Origin: Catajapyx aquilonaris
Lineage: Eukaryota
Length of the DNA stretch: 37,194 bases
Assembly (NCBI GenBank): GCA_000934665.2
Contig: JYFJ02003820.1
Span: 1-37,194 of the forward strand
Reading direction: 5' to 3'
Within the stretch, counting starts at the first letter, position 1. Every line of letters starts with the position of its first letter. The notes under the pieces were generated by a model. The model worked only from the letters and a program-made list of their open reading frames with translations, made no database searches and had not been told where the DNA came from. Shown one piece after another: positions 12,623 to 25,500 of the stretch. The position numbers and the translations under genes are program-made.

Positions 12623-14210
12623 ATGCGTGGTGTACCAGTGAGCAGAGCAATGCTGGTTGCTCTTGTGATTGTGACCCAGATGTGCACGGTGACCTCAGGG
12701 GCAGGAGGGCTACTTTCCAACCTACTGGGGAAGGAAAAAGGCCTGGGTGACCAGCTGACGGATGTGGACGTGGCCGCCTTGAACCAAGGAGAAGAGACAG
12801 GGGCAGAGGCCGACGGTGGGGAGGCGAACGTAGCGGTGGCAGTGGGCAACGAAGGAGACGAACCAGGGGCAAAGGCTGGAGGAGAAGAGGGAGGATTAGT
12901 CGATGTGGCGATAGCAGCTCTCAACCAGGAGTCCTCTGGAGGTGGAGAAATAGGCGTGGTACAGCAGGTGATCCAGACATTGACTGGTGCACTCGGAGTT
13001 GGCAGTGGAGGAACCACAGGAGGAAACCAAAAGTTAAACGGTGAGAGCACTTACATTAGTTATCACACGGGGGGGTTATACATAAGTACACTTAAAAATC
13101 GGTTGATATTTTTCAACTCATTATGTAAAAATTATAAATTCATATGTGAATCATAACTATAAAACTTAATCCTGTCTGATAGACTTACGTATAATATATT
13201 TTTACTTGACACGTAGGAGTGGATTTGGCGTGTATCTTGGACATACTGAAGGAAAAGAGATGTATTAAGAGGAGCAGCACATATCCATGGACAACGAAGA
13301 AGACAACAAGAGTCACATCGACTACCACTGAACCGACTACTGCTGCTTGCTCTGAAGAAGAGACAACGCAAAAAACAACAAACTCCAAGAGAACTACCAC
13401 TGGAAAATCTACTAGAAGACCAAGCACTACCAGGGAGCCAATGACTTCCACCAAACGTCCAGCGACAACCAGGACCACACCAAAGAAGCCAACAACTCCG
13501 ACTGTAACAACAAAGCAGCCAACGACTACGACTAAATCAACACAGAAGCCTACGACTACGACTACGACAACTATGAAGCCCATCACTACGACTAGGACAA
13601 CAAAGAAGCCCACAACAACAACTACTACCACCACAACAATGAAGCCCATCACTACGACTAGGACAACAAAGAAGCCCACAACAACTACTACCACCACAAC
13701 AATGACGCCCATCACTACGACTAGGACAACAAAGAAGCCCACAACTACTACTATCACCACAACAATGAAGCCCATCACTACGACTAGNCCATCACTACGA
13801 CTAAGACAACCACTCTAACGACCAAGAAAGCGACCACTCCCACAACCACTGTAACGACCAAGAAGCCGACAACACCCACAACCACTGTAACGACCAAGAA
13901 AGCGACCACTCCCACAACCACTGTAACGACCAAGAAGCCGACAACACCCACAACCACTGTAACGACCAAGAAAGCTACCACTCCCACAACCACTGTAACG
14001 ACCAAGAAAGCGACCCCTCCCACAACCACTGTAACCACCAAGAAGCCGACAACACCCACAACGACTCTAACCACAACGACAACAACTGCTGTGCCTAAAA
14101 CATCCCCATGCGCAGGGGAGGCGACTGAAGCAACAACTACAGCAACCACCAAAAGCAAAGGGCTTCTTGGGAATATTCTCTCGACTGCCACCAATTTTCT
14201 AGGATTTTAG
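12623..14210 (+). CDS. Secreted Thr/Lys/Pro-repeat mucin- or glue-like protein (exons 12623-13040, 13217-14210; assembly N at 13788)
   Basis: Signal peptide, Gly/Glu-rich region, phase-1 intron, then MKPITTTRTTKKPTTTTT and 36-bp TTKK(P/A)TTPTTTV tandem repeats, ending GLLGNILSTATNFLGF*. The frame changes at the N. Confidence 0.75.
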
Positions 14211-14858
14211 AATGATTAGGAGTTTAAAAATTTAAAGTTAATCACTGCAACATTATCTTTTTAATTGGAGTGTTAAAATTTGCAAGTCACTGTTGAAAGC
14301 AACACATCTAAATGATACTTTACATTCAATGAAATAATTAAAATCTAGTGATTACCGTAATTAAATTGTTATTTTATTATGTGTATAGTGTAAACTAGAC
14401 AATGATAATAATTTATTATGCCAAGGCAAGTGTTATCATTTGAACGCGTGACCTTCCCTTTGTATCACCATAGGCATATCGACACCTGCGTGAATGTGGT
14501 ACTGAGCTAGAGCAAGAGCTACTATTATACCATTATGTAGGAAAGTAATACATACAACCACTATTATTGGCACACAAGTAATTATTTTCCTAATCAATAT
14601 CAATATCCTTACTCGTTTTATTCATAACACTTTGGAGTACTTTCCATCATAAGCAATGTATAATTAAATAATGTATAAAAAAATTGTTTCAGTATTCATA
14701 TAATCAAAGATTAACCAGTAAATGCGAATTAAAATAATCAGTTCTAACGGTTTGAAAAGTTTTAACTGTAACCTGCAAGGTATTAATTATCTCATATTTA
14801 TATCACCAAGAGTAAGCTGTATGTTTGTAAATTGCTATTTTTTAATTTTTTATTTACT

Positions 14859-15146
14859 GGGCGACACGCTGGTTTTATTGGCTAGCGCCACAGCTTTCCT
14901 TCCACATCTAAGGTCCCGTGTTTGATCCCCGGCTCGGACAGAGGATGCTTGTATGGACGGAGTTTCGATAGGTTCTCTCCGTGTTCGCATGGGTTTTCTC
15001 CGGCTTCTCACGTTTCCTTCCACTATCAAAATCCATCGCAGCAAAGTCGGTCAATTAAAATATGATCCCCTAACAAGCCAAAGGAGGCTTATCACGAAGT
15101 ATCCATTATCATTATTATTATGATTATGATTATTATTATTATTATT

Positions 15147-15193
<47 letters not shown>
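14859..15193 (+). mobile_element. tRNA-derived SINE with V-domain-like core and (ATT)n/(GTT)n tail
   Basis: Degenerate A box (tggttttattgg) and B box (gtttgatccc). Core ggagtttc...ttctctccgtgttcgcatgggttttctccgg...tttccttccac resembles the V-SINE domain as recalled. Simple-repeat tail. Confidence 0.7.
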
Positions 15194-15194
<1 letters not shown>

Positions 15195-16606
15195 AAATAT
15201 TGTTAATTTTTGAGAAGTCATGTACTGTACAATAATCTGGGAAATAAACTATTGGATGAAAATAATGCCGAGTTTATCACTCTTCCCGTATTTGAGCAGG
15301 AAATGATATCATTTAATTTTGCTTTTATTTCTCACATACTGTCTATTCAATCCTCCATGAACGCAGTGCTGAATTCTAAATATATTTCAGATATATCAGT
15401 AACATATCCAGGCATCTATGCCGCGATATATTTATTTGTTACTTATAGTTTTGCAATCAAAGAGGTTATCAAATTATCTATTGCAGGTGGGTAACATTAA
15501 TTAGCTGGAACAATCACTGATTCCGAGAAGAATTAATTAATTAATTCTTGTTTAATTATTTGGCTGTTAATAAATACAAGACTCAAATATAAGGTATAAT
15601 ATTCCCTGTTGTGTTTTGAATTCAAATGAACACCTACACAAATGGATCCTTTCACTGCCAAATCACATGCAATTTTGACGCGCTTTAAAGTTATTTAAAG
15701 TGAAATATTTCAATTTCCATATTAAATGCAAGATTCGTGTCAATCAGTCCGGAGAAAAAGTAAGTGCTTTTCAAAAATTATTTGCATGCATTCAATGCAA
15801 TCATAACTGCAGTTTGATGCTTTTGGCAACGACTTCTAGTGATCTCGAATTTGGCATTTTTAAGAAGAGGTGACTGTCTGTAATAGATGCATGCCCTATA
15901 CATGTGAAAATATATTAGCACGAGTGATGGACAGAAAAATGCAAAACGATGCCTGGCAATGAGAAGCAATTGCACAGTGATAGCTTGGTCTACATATTCA
16001 TTAGCACTACCAAAAAATAATTTATTGGAGAGTTTCAGAGACATTGTGGAGATAATCAACCATTAATTAATTCTGTAGGAAATTACTGTATCCTATTCGT
16101 ATTATTTCTTCGCCTTTTTTTCTTAATCCGCATGCTAATTGCTTCCTCCGAGTTTATAACAAATTCGGAGCGGATAGCGTACTTTCTCTTACATTAGATT
16201 TTTAAGCATAAAGTGGCAAAAATGTTTGTTCGTATTAGGATGAAAATGCTGGACATATAGTTCCTACTTACCACATTCGCTAATCCTATTAGAAGCGACT
16301 AGATGATGGAAACGGGAAAATGATGGAAGGTCCGTCTTGTATGATCTCCAATAGTATGAACAGGTATTCACAATGCATTAATCAACATTATGGGATAATT
16401 TTCCCCTTACTGAATTTGTGTTTATACACCTGGCCTCGAGGGTACACGACACATACTTTTTCCCCTTCTCACATCTACGAGCCAATTGGAATCAGACAAA
16501 AAAGTAACCCAACAGGCCTCTTTGTTTCGAAGTCAATGAAATCGTAATCGTATGATTTCACTTCCGTTTATTACCGCTCATTGATACAGTAGTTGCAGTT
16601 GACGTT

Positions 16607-17451
16607 TTACCCGTTCATGAATCCACTGCCTGCCTTAACCATCTTTTTGCCAATCTTAGCAAAAGGATTGCTTTCTCCCTTATTCTTCGTGCCGCGTTCT
16701 TCGTCTGAGATGCCACCAGCAGAAAAGCTAAAACTGAATGAATCGCTTGAATCCGACTCTTTGGACTTCTTTGTGGCTGCGTAACCTTTGCCAGAGCCAG
16801 ACTTATCCTCAGATGACCCTCCTGGCAGCTCTATATGTAAGAAACAATTGAAGTGTCATTTATACAGCCCAGCTTGGAGTAATAATTTACCTTTTCTCGG
16901 AAAACTTGCTGGAAAACTGGAGTTCACATTGGAGATTTCCTGATTGAATGACCCTTCAGATTGGCTGGAATCGTCATGTTTGGAGGAGTGATTTTTGACA
17001 AAGTCGGGCATCTTGTCCGAAATGTTTCGAGCCGTTTCATTCATTTTGTCTGAAGCTTTCCTTTCTTCCGAGCTGGAGTCCATGGAATTTTCGAATTCCG
17101 TGCTGAGTGATTCTGAAGAGGAGTCTTGGGATGAGCTGCTTGGATGCTGCTCAGAAGATGACGATTCGCCAGACGAGGCTTGGGGTCTGTCGGTTGTCGA
17201 GGTCTGGACACACCCTTGGAGGCGACATGGTATTGCTGTGGAGCCAACAGATGTTGACTGGGAAGATGGTGTCTATCCTTCACTTGTCTGCTGAATCACT
17301 GGCCCTGCAGCAGTGAGAAAAGTGGCGGATTGTATCACTTTTCCTAATAATCAAGAGAGGACATCAGATCCAAAAACCGTTTTCAAAAATGCTTACCCTG
17401 AGCGAATCCAGCAGTGACGAGTCCAGCCAAGATGAAGAAGAGAGGCGACAT
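16607..17451 (-). CDS. Secreted Ser/Asp/Lys-rich protein, copy 2 (exons 17451-17397, 17304 or 17235-16891, 16830-16607); possibly pseudogenised
   Basis: Signal exon MSPLFFILAGLVTAGFAQ, 60-nt intron 16831-16890, ends GKKMVKAGSGFMNG*, AATAAA ~35 nt downstream. There is an in-frame TAG at ~17273-17275 if the acceptor homologous to copy 1 is used. Confidence 0.65.
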
Positions 17452-19821
17452 GGTTGGTTTAGTCCGGATCTACTCGTCTGATCTGATTCAGTGGCAGGCC
17501 GAGTGTGAATCTATCCATGGGAGGACCCCTCTTTATATCTCCAAAACTGGAGACGTCACTTGCGAGCAGAAAAATAGCTACATTTTATTCGCATGACGGA
17601 TTGTGGCAGATATGTCTGGCTGTGTTGACGAATGACTGTTGAGCTAGGTGAGAACAATGCCTGGGTTGTCTACGGGTGAAATTATGCCCATTATTGATGG
17701 TATAGACTCGCTAGTCTGTGGTCATGGACAAGTGTTTGCCCTTCTGACGGCTTGATTTATTTTTGTCAAGGGCACAGTGACGTATGTCCTTCTCTATTTG
17801 CGTTTCATTCTGTGTAAAGAGTGGAGACGAACTTTTCCACCGAGCGTATCTTGCTAGTGGCCAGCATATACTCTAGTTATGCATTACCGCAATTAGGATA
17901 ATTATGCTGCAGTCACATCCTGGATCCTAGTTCACCCGCTGGATGATTGGTCCGGACTCTTAGGATATACTTGTTTATTTTGGACTTGTCTATTATTTGT
18001 TTGAAATTAATTATTGCAATTTCTCATTTGGATACCGGTATTTGCTCTACTATTATTATTTTGATTGCTCTAACATGGGCTGCTTTTTGAGCAGTTTTGT
18101 GCCAAACTAAAATGGACATCTCTATATAGGAAAGGTGTATTATTTATTACGCACAATATGCAAACTTTTAATGGTAATGTCAGATAAACATGCAACATAT
18201 CTATTATTTTTGTCCCGTAACAGCTGCTAAAATGCTCAGTACGTATAGCTGTACAGTGTGCAGTGCATTTCATTCACCCCTCGTGATTCAAGGTCAGCAG
18301 ACGTATTCCACCTGTGTAAGTGCATGAACAACAAACATACAAGGCAAAAAAAAAAAGCTTGCGGAAAACTATCAAGAAAATATATCTCGACCGATATAGC
18401 TTTATAAAGGTTATGTCAGATAAACCTAAGAAAGAATAGTAGACTCTAGGAAGAAACCGGTTTTAATTATGCCAACTGTCTATATTTTACACAATGTTAA
18501 TGAGCCGACAGGCCGAGTAATAAAGGTGTTTGGGAGACGTATCAAGTGCGTATGAGTTTATTGAATGTATAACATGACTAATTTCTATTTCAAGGACAAC
18601 GCAGTTTTTTTCTGCAAGGTAAGCAAGCTGCATTCAGTCCTTTTTTTCCCCAAAGTTATCAACCTGATTTTTCCCCCTTCCTTCTCCGTCGAGTCAGGGC
18701 TGATCTAATTAACCCCCCGCTGGAATTAAAATATTAGTACAAAAAACCACATGTATTACTCATTTCATGTAGGCCAACTTGTACATTGTAGCAAAACACA
18801 GACTTGTCGTAACAAAATGACATCTGTTCGCATCGACATGCTTTGGACCAATGTTATTAGTAGTCGGAGATTGTTTATTTTTTTTTGCCGCTGATGAAAA
18901 CGCATCACAATAATTACGCACAATTACTGATCTAGTGCACTGGTCGACTTCAAGGCCAACTGACTTGTCAGTTAGGTCAGTTATTCTAGATCCAAGGATA
19001 TCTTGTTTATTATTTGTGGACAAGTGCGCAAAATGCTCTGCATGTAATTAGGGGGATATAATTATGTAGACAAATGATTGTCTCAAACACATGCACCTAT
19101 TGGCATGCAACTTAATTTTTATTCCTCAAAATAATATTGTATATTTTTTCTAATCATTTTTAGACAAACTAGGAAGAAGAGAGAGTAATGCGCACAGGGC
19201 AGTGACACAACCAGTATAAGAAACAATGTAGTTAAATTGAAAATAGCGTCCTGTGATAAATAATTAATAGTTGCGCCATCCTGATACTATATAGGAAATT
19301 GTACCGAAAAATACCGGTAAATGTTATTGCAAGGAAGATGCCCAGAAAAAATAGCCGAAAAATGCATGCATTTGCACCAATAAGGCCACCGTTTTTTTGT
19401 GTAAAGTTATTTTACCCTGTGCAGGCTACTCAACTTGCCAGACGACTTAATTACCATATTTTTCACATCAACTGAATTACGCTTCAGTTGTAATAATGAA
19501 TGGAATACTGATACATAGACTGGACTTGCAAGGCAGGAAATCTAACCAAGGCAAAAATAAGCTTGGCCAAAAAATTCACCAATGAGGACTGGTGCTTGTT
19601 GCAATATTAACGATTGTTACATTTACAATAGCAAACAATATATTATTAAAGTGTGCACCCACATAATATTTGATTCTACGCGTACATAATTTATTAATCA
19701 TGATTGCAGAAGGAGATCGAGAGTGTATTAATTTTTACAACAAACATTACATTAAATATTATCGAGATTATTTCTAGCCATGTACACATTCACTTTGCAC
19801 AAAATTAAGCGCCACTGCTCA

Positions 19822-19878
19822 ATGATGATGATGGTGATGGTGATGATGATGATGATTATGATGATGATGATTATGATG
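19822..19878 (+). repeat. Imperfect (GAT)n microsatellite
   Basis: Directly visible. Confidence 0.9.
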
Positions 19879-20270
19879 CTCACAAAGTAATAACTGGGAT
19901 GGGAGAAGGTGTGAAAGGAAGTCGGATGGCTTGAATGAAGGCTTACATAGGATCTAATAATATGAAAAACACAATAAATTATTATTTTTGGAAAAGTAAC
20001 CTCGACTTGATAATAATAGGCGGTTTGGAGACGAACATTTTTTGTGTCTATATACTTAGGAACAAGTAAGTCTCATCCCAATTTTGCAAAGAACTCTCTG
20101 TGGTCACCATTTTGGTATTTACCAAGTTATTGGCAGCAGCAATGGACACGCACTTTCGCAAAAATCGGAGTGCGGACAAAACTGGTATTTGGAGGGCAGC
20201 AGGATTTGCGGAGAGGTCATAAAAAGAGGCAGTGCAAGTGGTGCATGATCGCATTTGCAAGTCCAGCACG

Positions 20271-22086
20271 ATGAAGGTCGCACTCTTCGCAGCCCTGCTC
20301 TGTCTCCTGCCCATCTTCACACAGGGGCAACAGACCAACTTCACTCTTGGTAATACTCGTTTTAATATCAATTATTATAGCATTTAAAACAGAACTGCTG
20401 GATTGCAGATGATGCATTCGCCAAATGCAGAAACGCAAAGAAGCATGATGTGGGTACGTGCATCGTGAATCTGATCAACGAGGACTTGCAGCCTCTCATT
20501 GCTCAAGGTACAGTGGACGGGCATTGTTGGGGGTGGACTGCCATAACTGATGGACCATTCTTGCCGGTTCAGATTGGGAGAGGATTTGTTGTATCTTTAA
20601 AAGTGCAAAGGAGGTGACTTACTACATTCAGATTGATGTGAAAGGAGTGGGTGTGAAGAGGAATATCCTCAACAATGGTTTGACAATAATAATCGAGTGT
20701 CTTTTTTCGGAGCGCAGGGATACCCGAGCTGGGATTGGACGGAGAGAGGCTAGATAACTATAACTTCACTTTTGACGATGCCCAAGCAAGCAACTTCCTC
20801 AAGGCTGGCTACACTAACGGATACTTCAGGGGATTCAACTTGGACTTCAGGCTGCAGCATCTCAAGTGAGATCCTATCTATCTTATTCCACGTTTGGTGT
20901 TAGTTTGCAATATATTCGGGCATAAAAATTAGCGATAAAATATATTAATCACAGTGCATTGTAAGCATCTCACATCACACGAATGCTGCCTCGTGTTTGC
21001 ATTATTTAAAACCAGTTTTCCGACTGGTTCCTCTCCACAGGATAGATTACGACAAGAAGCTGGCAGCCTGGTCAGCATTTGCGCCTAGCTTCACCTTCTA
21101 CGCCAACTGCTTCGTAAACGCCTCCTTACTGTTGGTCAACCTGCAAGGAGAGGGACCATGCTGGTGGAACATCCGTAAGTGATTGATCAGAAAATAATAA
21201 TAATCACCTTGGGTGGAATTGGGCAGTATATAGTCGTGGGACGAAAATTCGACCCCCTGACAGGGAGCATATACGTACTATACATAAGAGGCGCAACCTT
21301 CGGTCAGCGCCATTGATTTCCGCGTCTCTCTATTTGGGGTCGTTGCCAAGGCTGGCGGCCATTTTGAAGTGGGGGCAACGCCAACGAGGTATAAGTAGGG
21401 TACAGGCAAAAATAGGGCCCGCCATCTTTGATGGTTTTGGCGGCCATGGCAACTACACGGCAAGAACAGGCGCGAATCAAAGATGGCGGACCCTATTTTT
21501 GCCTGTATCTATTTATACCTCGTTGTGGCTTTGCCCCCACTTCAAAATGGCCGCCTGCCTTGGCAACGGCCCAAAGCAGAGAGACGCGGAATTCGAATGT
21601 TTCTGCCTCTTATGTAGTATATGCTGCTCCCTGCCCCTGACACCATTTTTAATGGCGATATTATTATTTTTCCAGATAACGCGACCTACACTGGGATCAC
21701 CAAACTGGCTGTGGAGGAAATAGACGGTGACCTCCGTCTTCAGGAAGAATCGACTGACTTCGGTTTCAACATTAAAAACCCAACCTTCAGGATGAAGAAC
21801 CTCTTCCAAGGAAACGAACTTGTCGGTAAGGTCAATATTATTAAAGTCTCATTCTGATGACAAATTGGCAACTTTCATACATCTCTTCTCTCGTATTGTT
21901 GCAGAGGGGGTGGCCTGGCTTTTCCTCGACGAGAATATTGACGCTATGCTTGCTCTGATGAGAGACGATACCAGGAGATTCTTCCGAGAACTCACAGGGA
22001 ACATTGTCAACAGGGTTCTGGCCAAGATCCCCATCAAGAAACTGGCCGGATACCAGTACTTGAAGGAGGCCTTCAACATACACTAA
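20271..22086 (+). CDS. Takeout / haemolymph juvenile hormone-binding protein (JHBP) family protein (exons 20271-20349, 20409-20507, 20718-20865, 21041-21174, 21676-21825, 21905-22086)
   Basis: Signal peptide MKVALFAALLCLLPIFTQG, N-terminal Cys pair, GIPELGL motif, LLLVNLQGEG, MKNLFQGNELV, FLDEN...NRVLAKIP. All junctions are phase-compatible. Confidence 0.85.
21261..21633. mobile_element. Palindromic MITE in JHBP intron 4
   Basis: CAGGGAGCA...TGCTCCCTG termini, long imperfect inverted arms, 7-bp direct repeat cccctga on both sides. Second full copy at 28045-28420. Confidence 0.9.
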
Positions 22087-22522
22087 TTGCTTTGTGTGGC
22101 TGTCTCGTGACTAAATTGAAATTTCATTTAACAGAGACGGGAGAAAGAGGCGACCTTGATGACCAAATTATTTGTGCATTTTTCGCCAACTTTTTGTGAG
22201 CGTCTGCCATGTAAACAATCACTTTTGCTTTACTTTTCAGCGCTATTTTTCGCGACAGTAATATTTTCCTTGCAAGTGTGCCTAGACGTGCTCCAATTTG
22301 CAATCCCGCCTTTACATTAGTATAGATGTTACTTTTTTGCAAAGAGATTGGCAACGTGCAAAATTACTGCATACGTGTTTTGTTACTGTTGATATGCAGT
22401 CAAACATGTGGAGACAATAGACCGAAGCTAGATCCGGATCAGGCTTGTATCTTTTTGTTGCGGAGGAAGTCACGAGGTTGATCATCAGTGGTCATTGTTG
22501 TGGTGGAACAAATCTTCCTCCT

Positions 22523-25500
22523 TCAGCTGAGTGTGCAGGGGTTTCGGGACCTCTTCTTTGTCTCCTTCAAAGCAAATACAGTAAATAGAAAAGGGGACAA
22601 CAAATATTAACAAACCATTCTCTCCAAACATGTCTGTTCAGCCAACAATCGCAAACCATGTTCCTTCAATAATCAATCCCGTTATTTTGACACAATGCTG
22701 GTTATATAAAGCTGCTTCTTTAAAACGTTATCAAGCTGCTTTACTTATACAGAAAGTGTGTTAGGCAACTGTCAATGCCTCCCTATAAATAAATACCTTC
22801 AGAAGCTCTACGACATGAACGTGTCCTCTTTCCTCTGCCAGATCAAGAGATGTCCTCCCGTATTTGTCCCTGGCCGACTTGTCAGCTCCCTTGGACAGAA
22901 GGAAGCAAACCAGTTCTGGTCGGTTGTACCATGCTCCATAGTGAAGCGGGGTCCCGTTCCCTATTCCCTTGTCCTCCAGTCCTGCCCCTTCCCTCAGGAG
23001 TAAGTCCACAATCTGGACATGGTCTTCTCGAGATGCGAGGTGGATTGATTGGTTCCCAAATCTATCCTTTTCCATAACATCTGCCCCTTCTCCGATCAGC
23101 ATCTGGCAGGTGGGCAGATGTCCTCTTCGTGCTGCCAGATGAAGAGGTGTTCTGTCCCAACCATCTCTCTGATTAACAGGCCATCCTCGTCCGACGAGAA
23201 AGGCAATCACCTCGTCTCTTCCTTCCATTGCAGCCAGGTGGAGTCCACTCCGTCCCAAATCATCCCTCACCCTCATCCACCCTTCAACTCCATCCTGAAC
23301 CATCATCTTCACCTCCTCCAGACTACCACCTTCGCATGCCTCCAGGAACGTTGCCTTTTTCTGGGAACCAACATTTGCTTTGCCATCTGCTCTGGAATGA
23401 TTATTATCAGAGATCCTTCCAGATTCCTTCCCGCCCTCCAGGTTCCTTTCCAGAAGTTGGGAGGTCGAATGGTGTCCCATAATAGTCGCCCACTCATGAG
23501 GTGCTTTTCCATTCTTGTCCTTCTTCCCTGGATCCGCTCCGTTTTCCAGGAGGAGGAGGACTGTTGACTTATGACCACTCCTTGCAGCAAGATGCAGAGG
23601 TGTCATATCGTAACGATACGCTGAGTCCACCTCCACACCTCTGTCCAGGAGGAAGTGGATGACATGGGAGTGACCATACGAAGCAGCCAGATGGACGCCG
23701 CTTCTTCCGTACATCTGATCCACTGCCCCAACCACGTCCACTCCCATTACGTCTACCCACTTCTCAACTTCGGACAGGACACCCTCTCTGCAGGCTTCAA
23801 AGTATCTCCCGAAGTCCAACTAAGGGGGAAAGGAAGAACACCATCTGTGAATTTTCAGACACCAATTATGCTCACCTTTCCCATCCTGTCCAGGGACATC
23901 TGGACTTGTTTCTCCACGTAAGAAGACGAAACTCTTGATGACGGATCGGGTGTCAGCATCTTCTGAATCAGCCCTGCTTCCTCTACATTCTTGCTCGTAA
24001 AGTCATTTGGAAATGCGTTTCCACTCCTGAGGGAAAGGAAGGTCCGTGTCCTTCCTTCCTTGTCCCCTCCAAATGGGAACAACAGCTCAAACAGGACAAG
24101 GCCCATGGAATAAACGTCTGTCTTGGGCCCGTACTCTCTCCCGCTCATCTGCTCAGGGGAGCAGTAGAGTCTGGTTCCAACACCCGCTGTCATGTCCGGT
24201 ATTGAAGGAAGAGGATTAGGGGAGATGACCTCTGGTTCAGATGGGTCACCATGACCTGGATGGTGGGAAGGAGAGGCCAGAAGGGAGGTGGACAGACCGA
24301 AGTCTGCAATCTTCACACCCTTTCCATCCAGGGCAAACAGGATGTTGTGTGGTTTCAGGTCTCGGTGGATCAGGCTCTTGGAATGGAGATAACAGACTGC
24401 AGATGCTATTTGTCCGAAGAGGGTGAGTTTTGCGAACTTGCACAGATTCAATCCTCCTCCGTCCATCCTGTGTCCTAGTGTCTCCTTCTTACAAAGTTCG
24501 AGCTGCATGAAGAGGAAATCCGTGGTTGGGCCTGTCACCGTCATGGGAGCTGAGAAATAGGCGGATGCTGCCTCTGAGGCCTCTTTTGCCTCTGGACCAG
24601 GCCTGTTGGAGCATGTGGCCGTCATGGCGTCCCACTCCTTGTGGACCCAACAAGGTGTCCTCTCCGTCCAGGCGTGGTAGAACTTCACAACGTGATCGTG
24701 GTCCAGTCGAGCCAGAGTCTGCACTTCCCTCAGAATGACCTCCTTCAGGTGCAGGTCTTGAGGCAGAGGAACCCTCTTCACAGCGTAACGTGCCTTCGCC
24801 AGCTTCAGTTCAGCCTCGGCCACGACTCCAAAGGACCCCGCACCCAAGATGGACACCTGGTTGTAGTCCCACATGTATCTGGACACGACTGTCGTTTCCT
24901 TCGCACTGTTCTGATCGTTGACTTCGACCCTGAGTAATGGAATAATTAATGAGTTGTTACAGTATAATCTGTGAAGTGGCCACCATAATGTTATTTCATG
25001 CACTCACCTGGCTTGCATGTGATAGGTCCACTTCAAATGATCCATGACGAATCTGTGTACTTGGACATGACCCTTGAGAAGGGCCAGAGAGGTGGGTGTG
25101 GCCCCATCCTTGTCCTTGGCCTGGGGGTCACTCTTTCCCTCCAACAAGAGGAGGCTGGCCACATCCAGATGGCCGAACATGCAGGCCAAGTGCAGTGGGG
25201 TGTGGCCAGTGTGGGTGGTTCGGGTGTCCGCGAAGGCCCCTCTGTCCAGGAGGAGTCTGCACGTCTGGAGCAGATCACTCCTGGCAGACCAGTGGAGGGC
25301 AGTCCTTCCCTCCAAGTCCCTCTCGTCCACCTCTTCCTGGCCAGTCCAGTCCAGAATGGTGCGACAGACGCCAACCTTCCTGGCCCGACACGCCACCATC
25401 AGGGGAGTCTCCCCATGTCCATTCCTCTTGTTCACCTCTTCTTCTCCCAACAACTTCCGGACGTCCTCTTCCCCTCCCATGGCTGCCATTATATGGATGT

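Noticed and set aside
13817..14070. 36-bp periodic array resembling CRISPR spacing
   Set aside because: Coding tandem repeat with no unique spacers and no cas genes; eukaryotic context.
13185..14194. Val-rich membrane-like minus-strand ORFs
   Set aside because: Reverse complement of the Thr-codon repeats.
21278..21723. ORFs within the palindromic element (also 28010-28437)
   Set aside because: They arise from the MITE; no transposase motifs.
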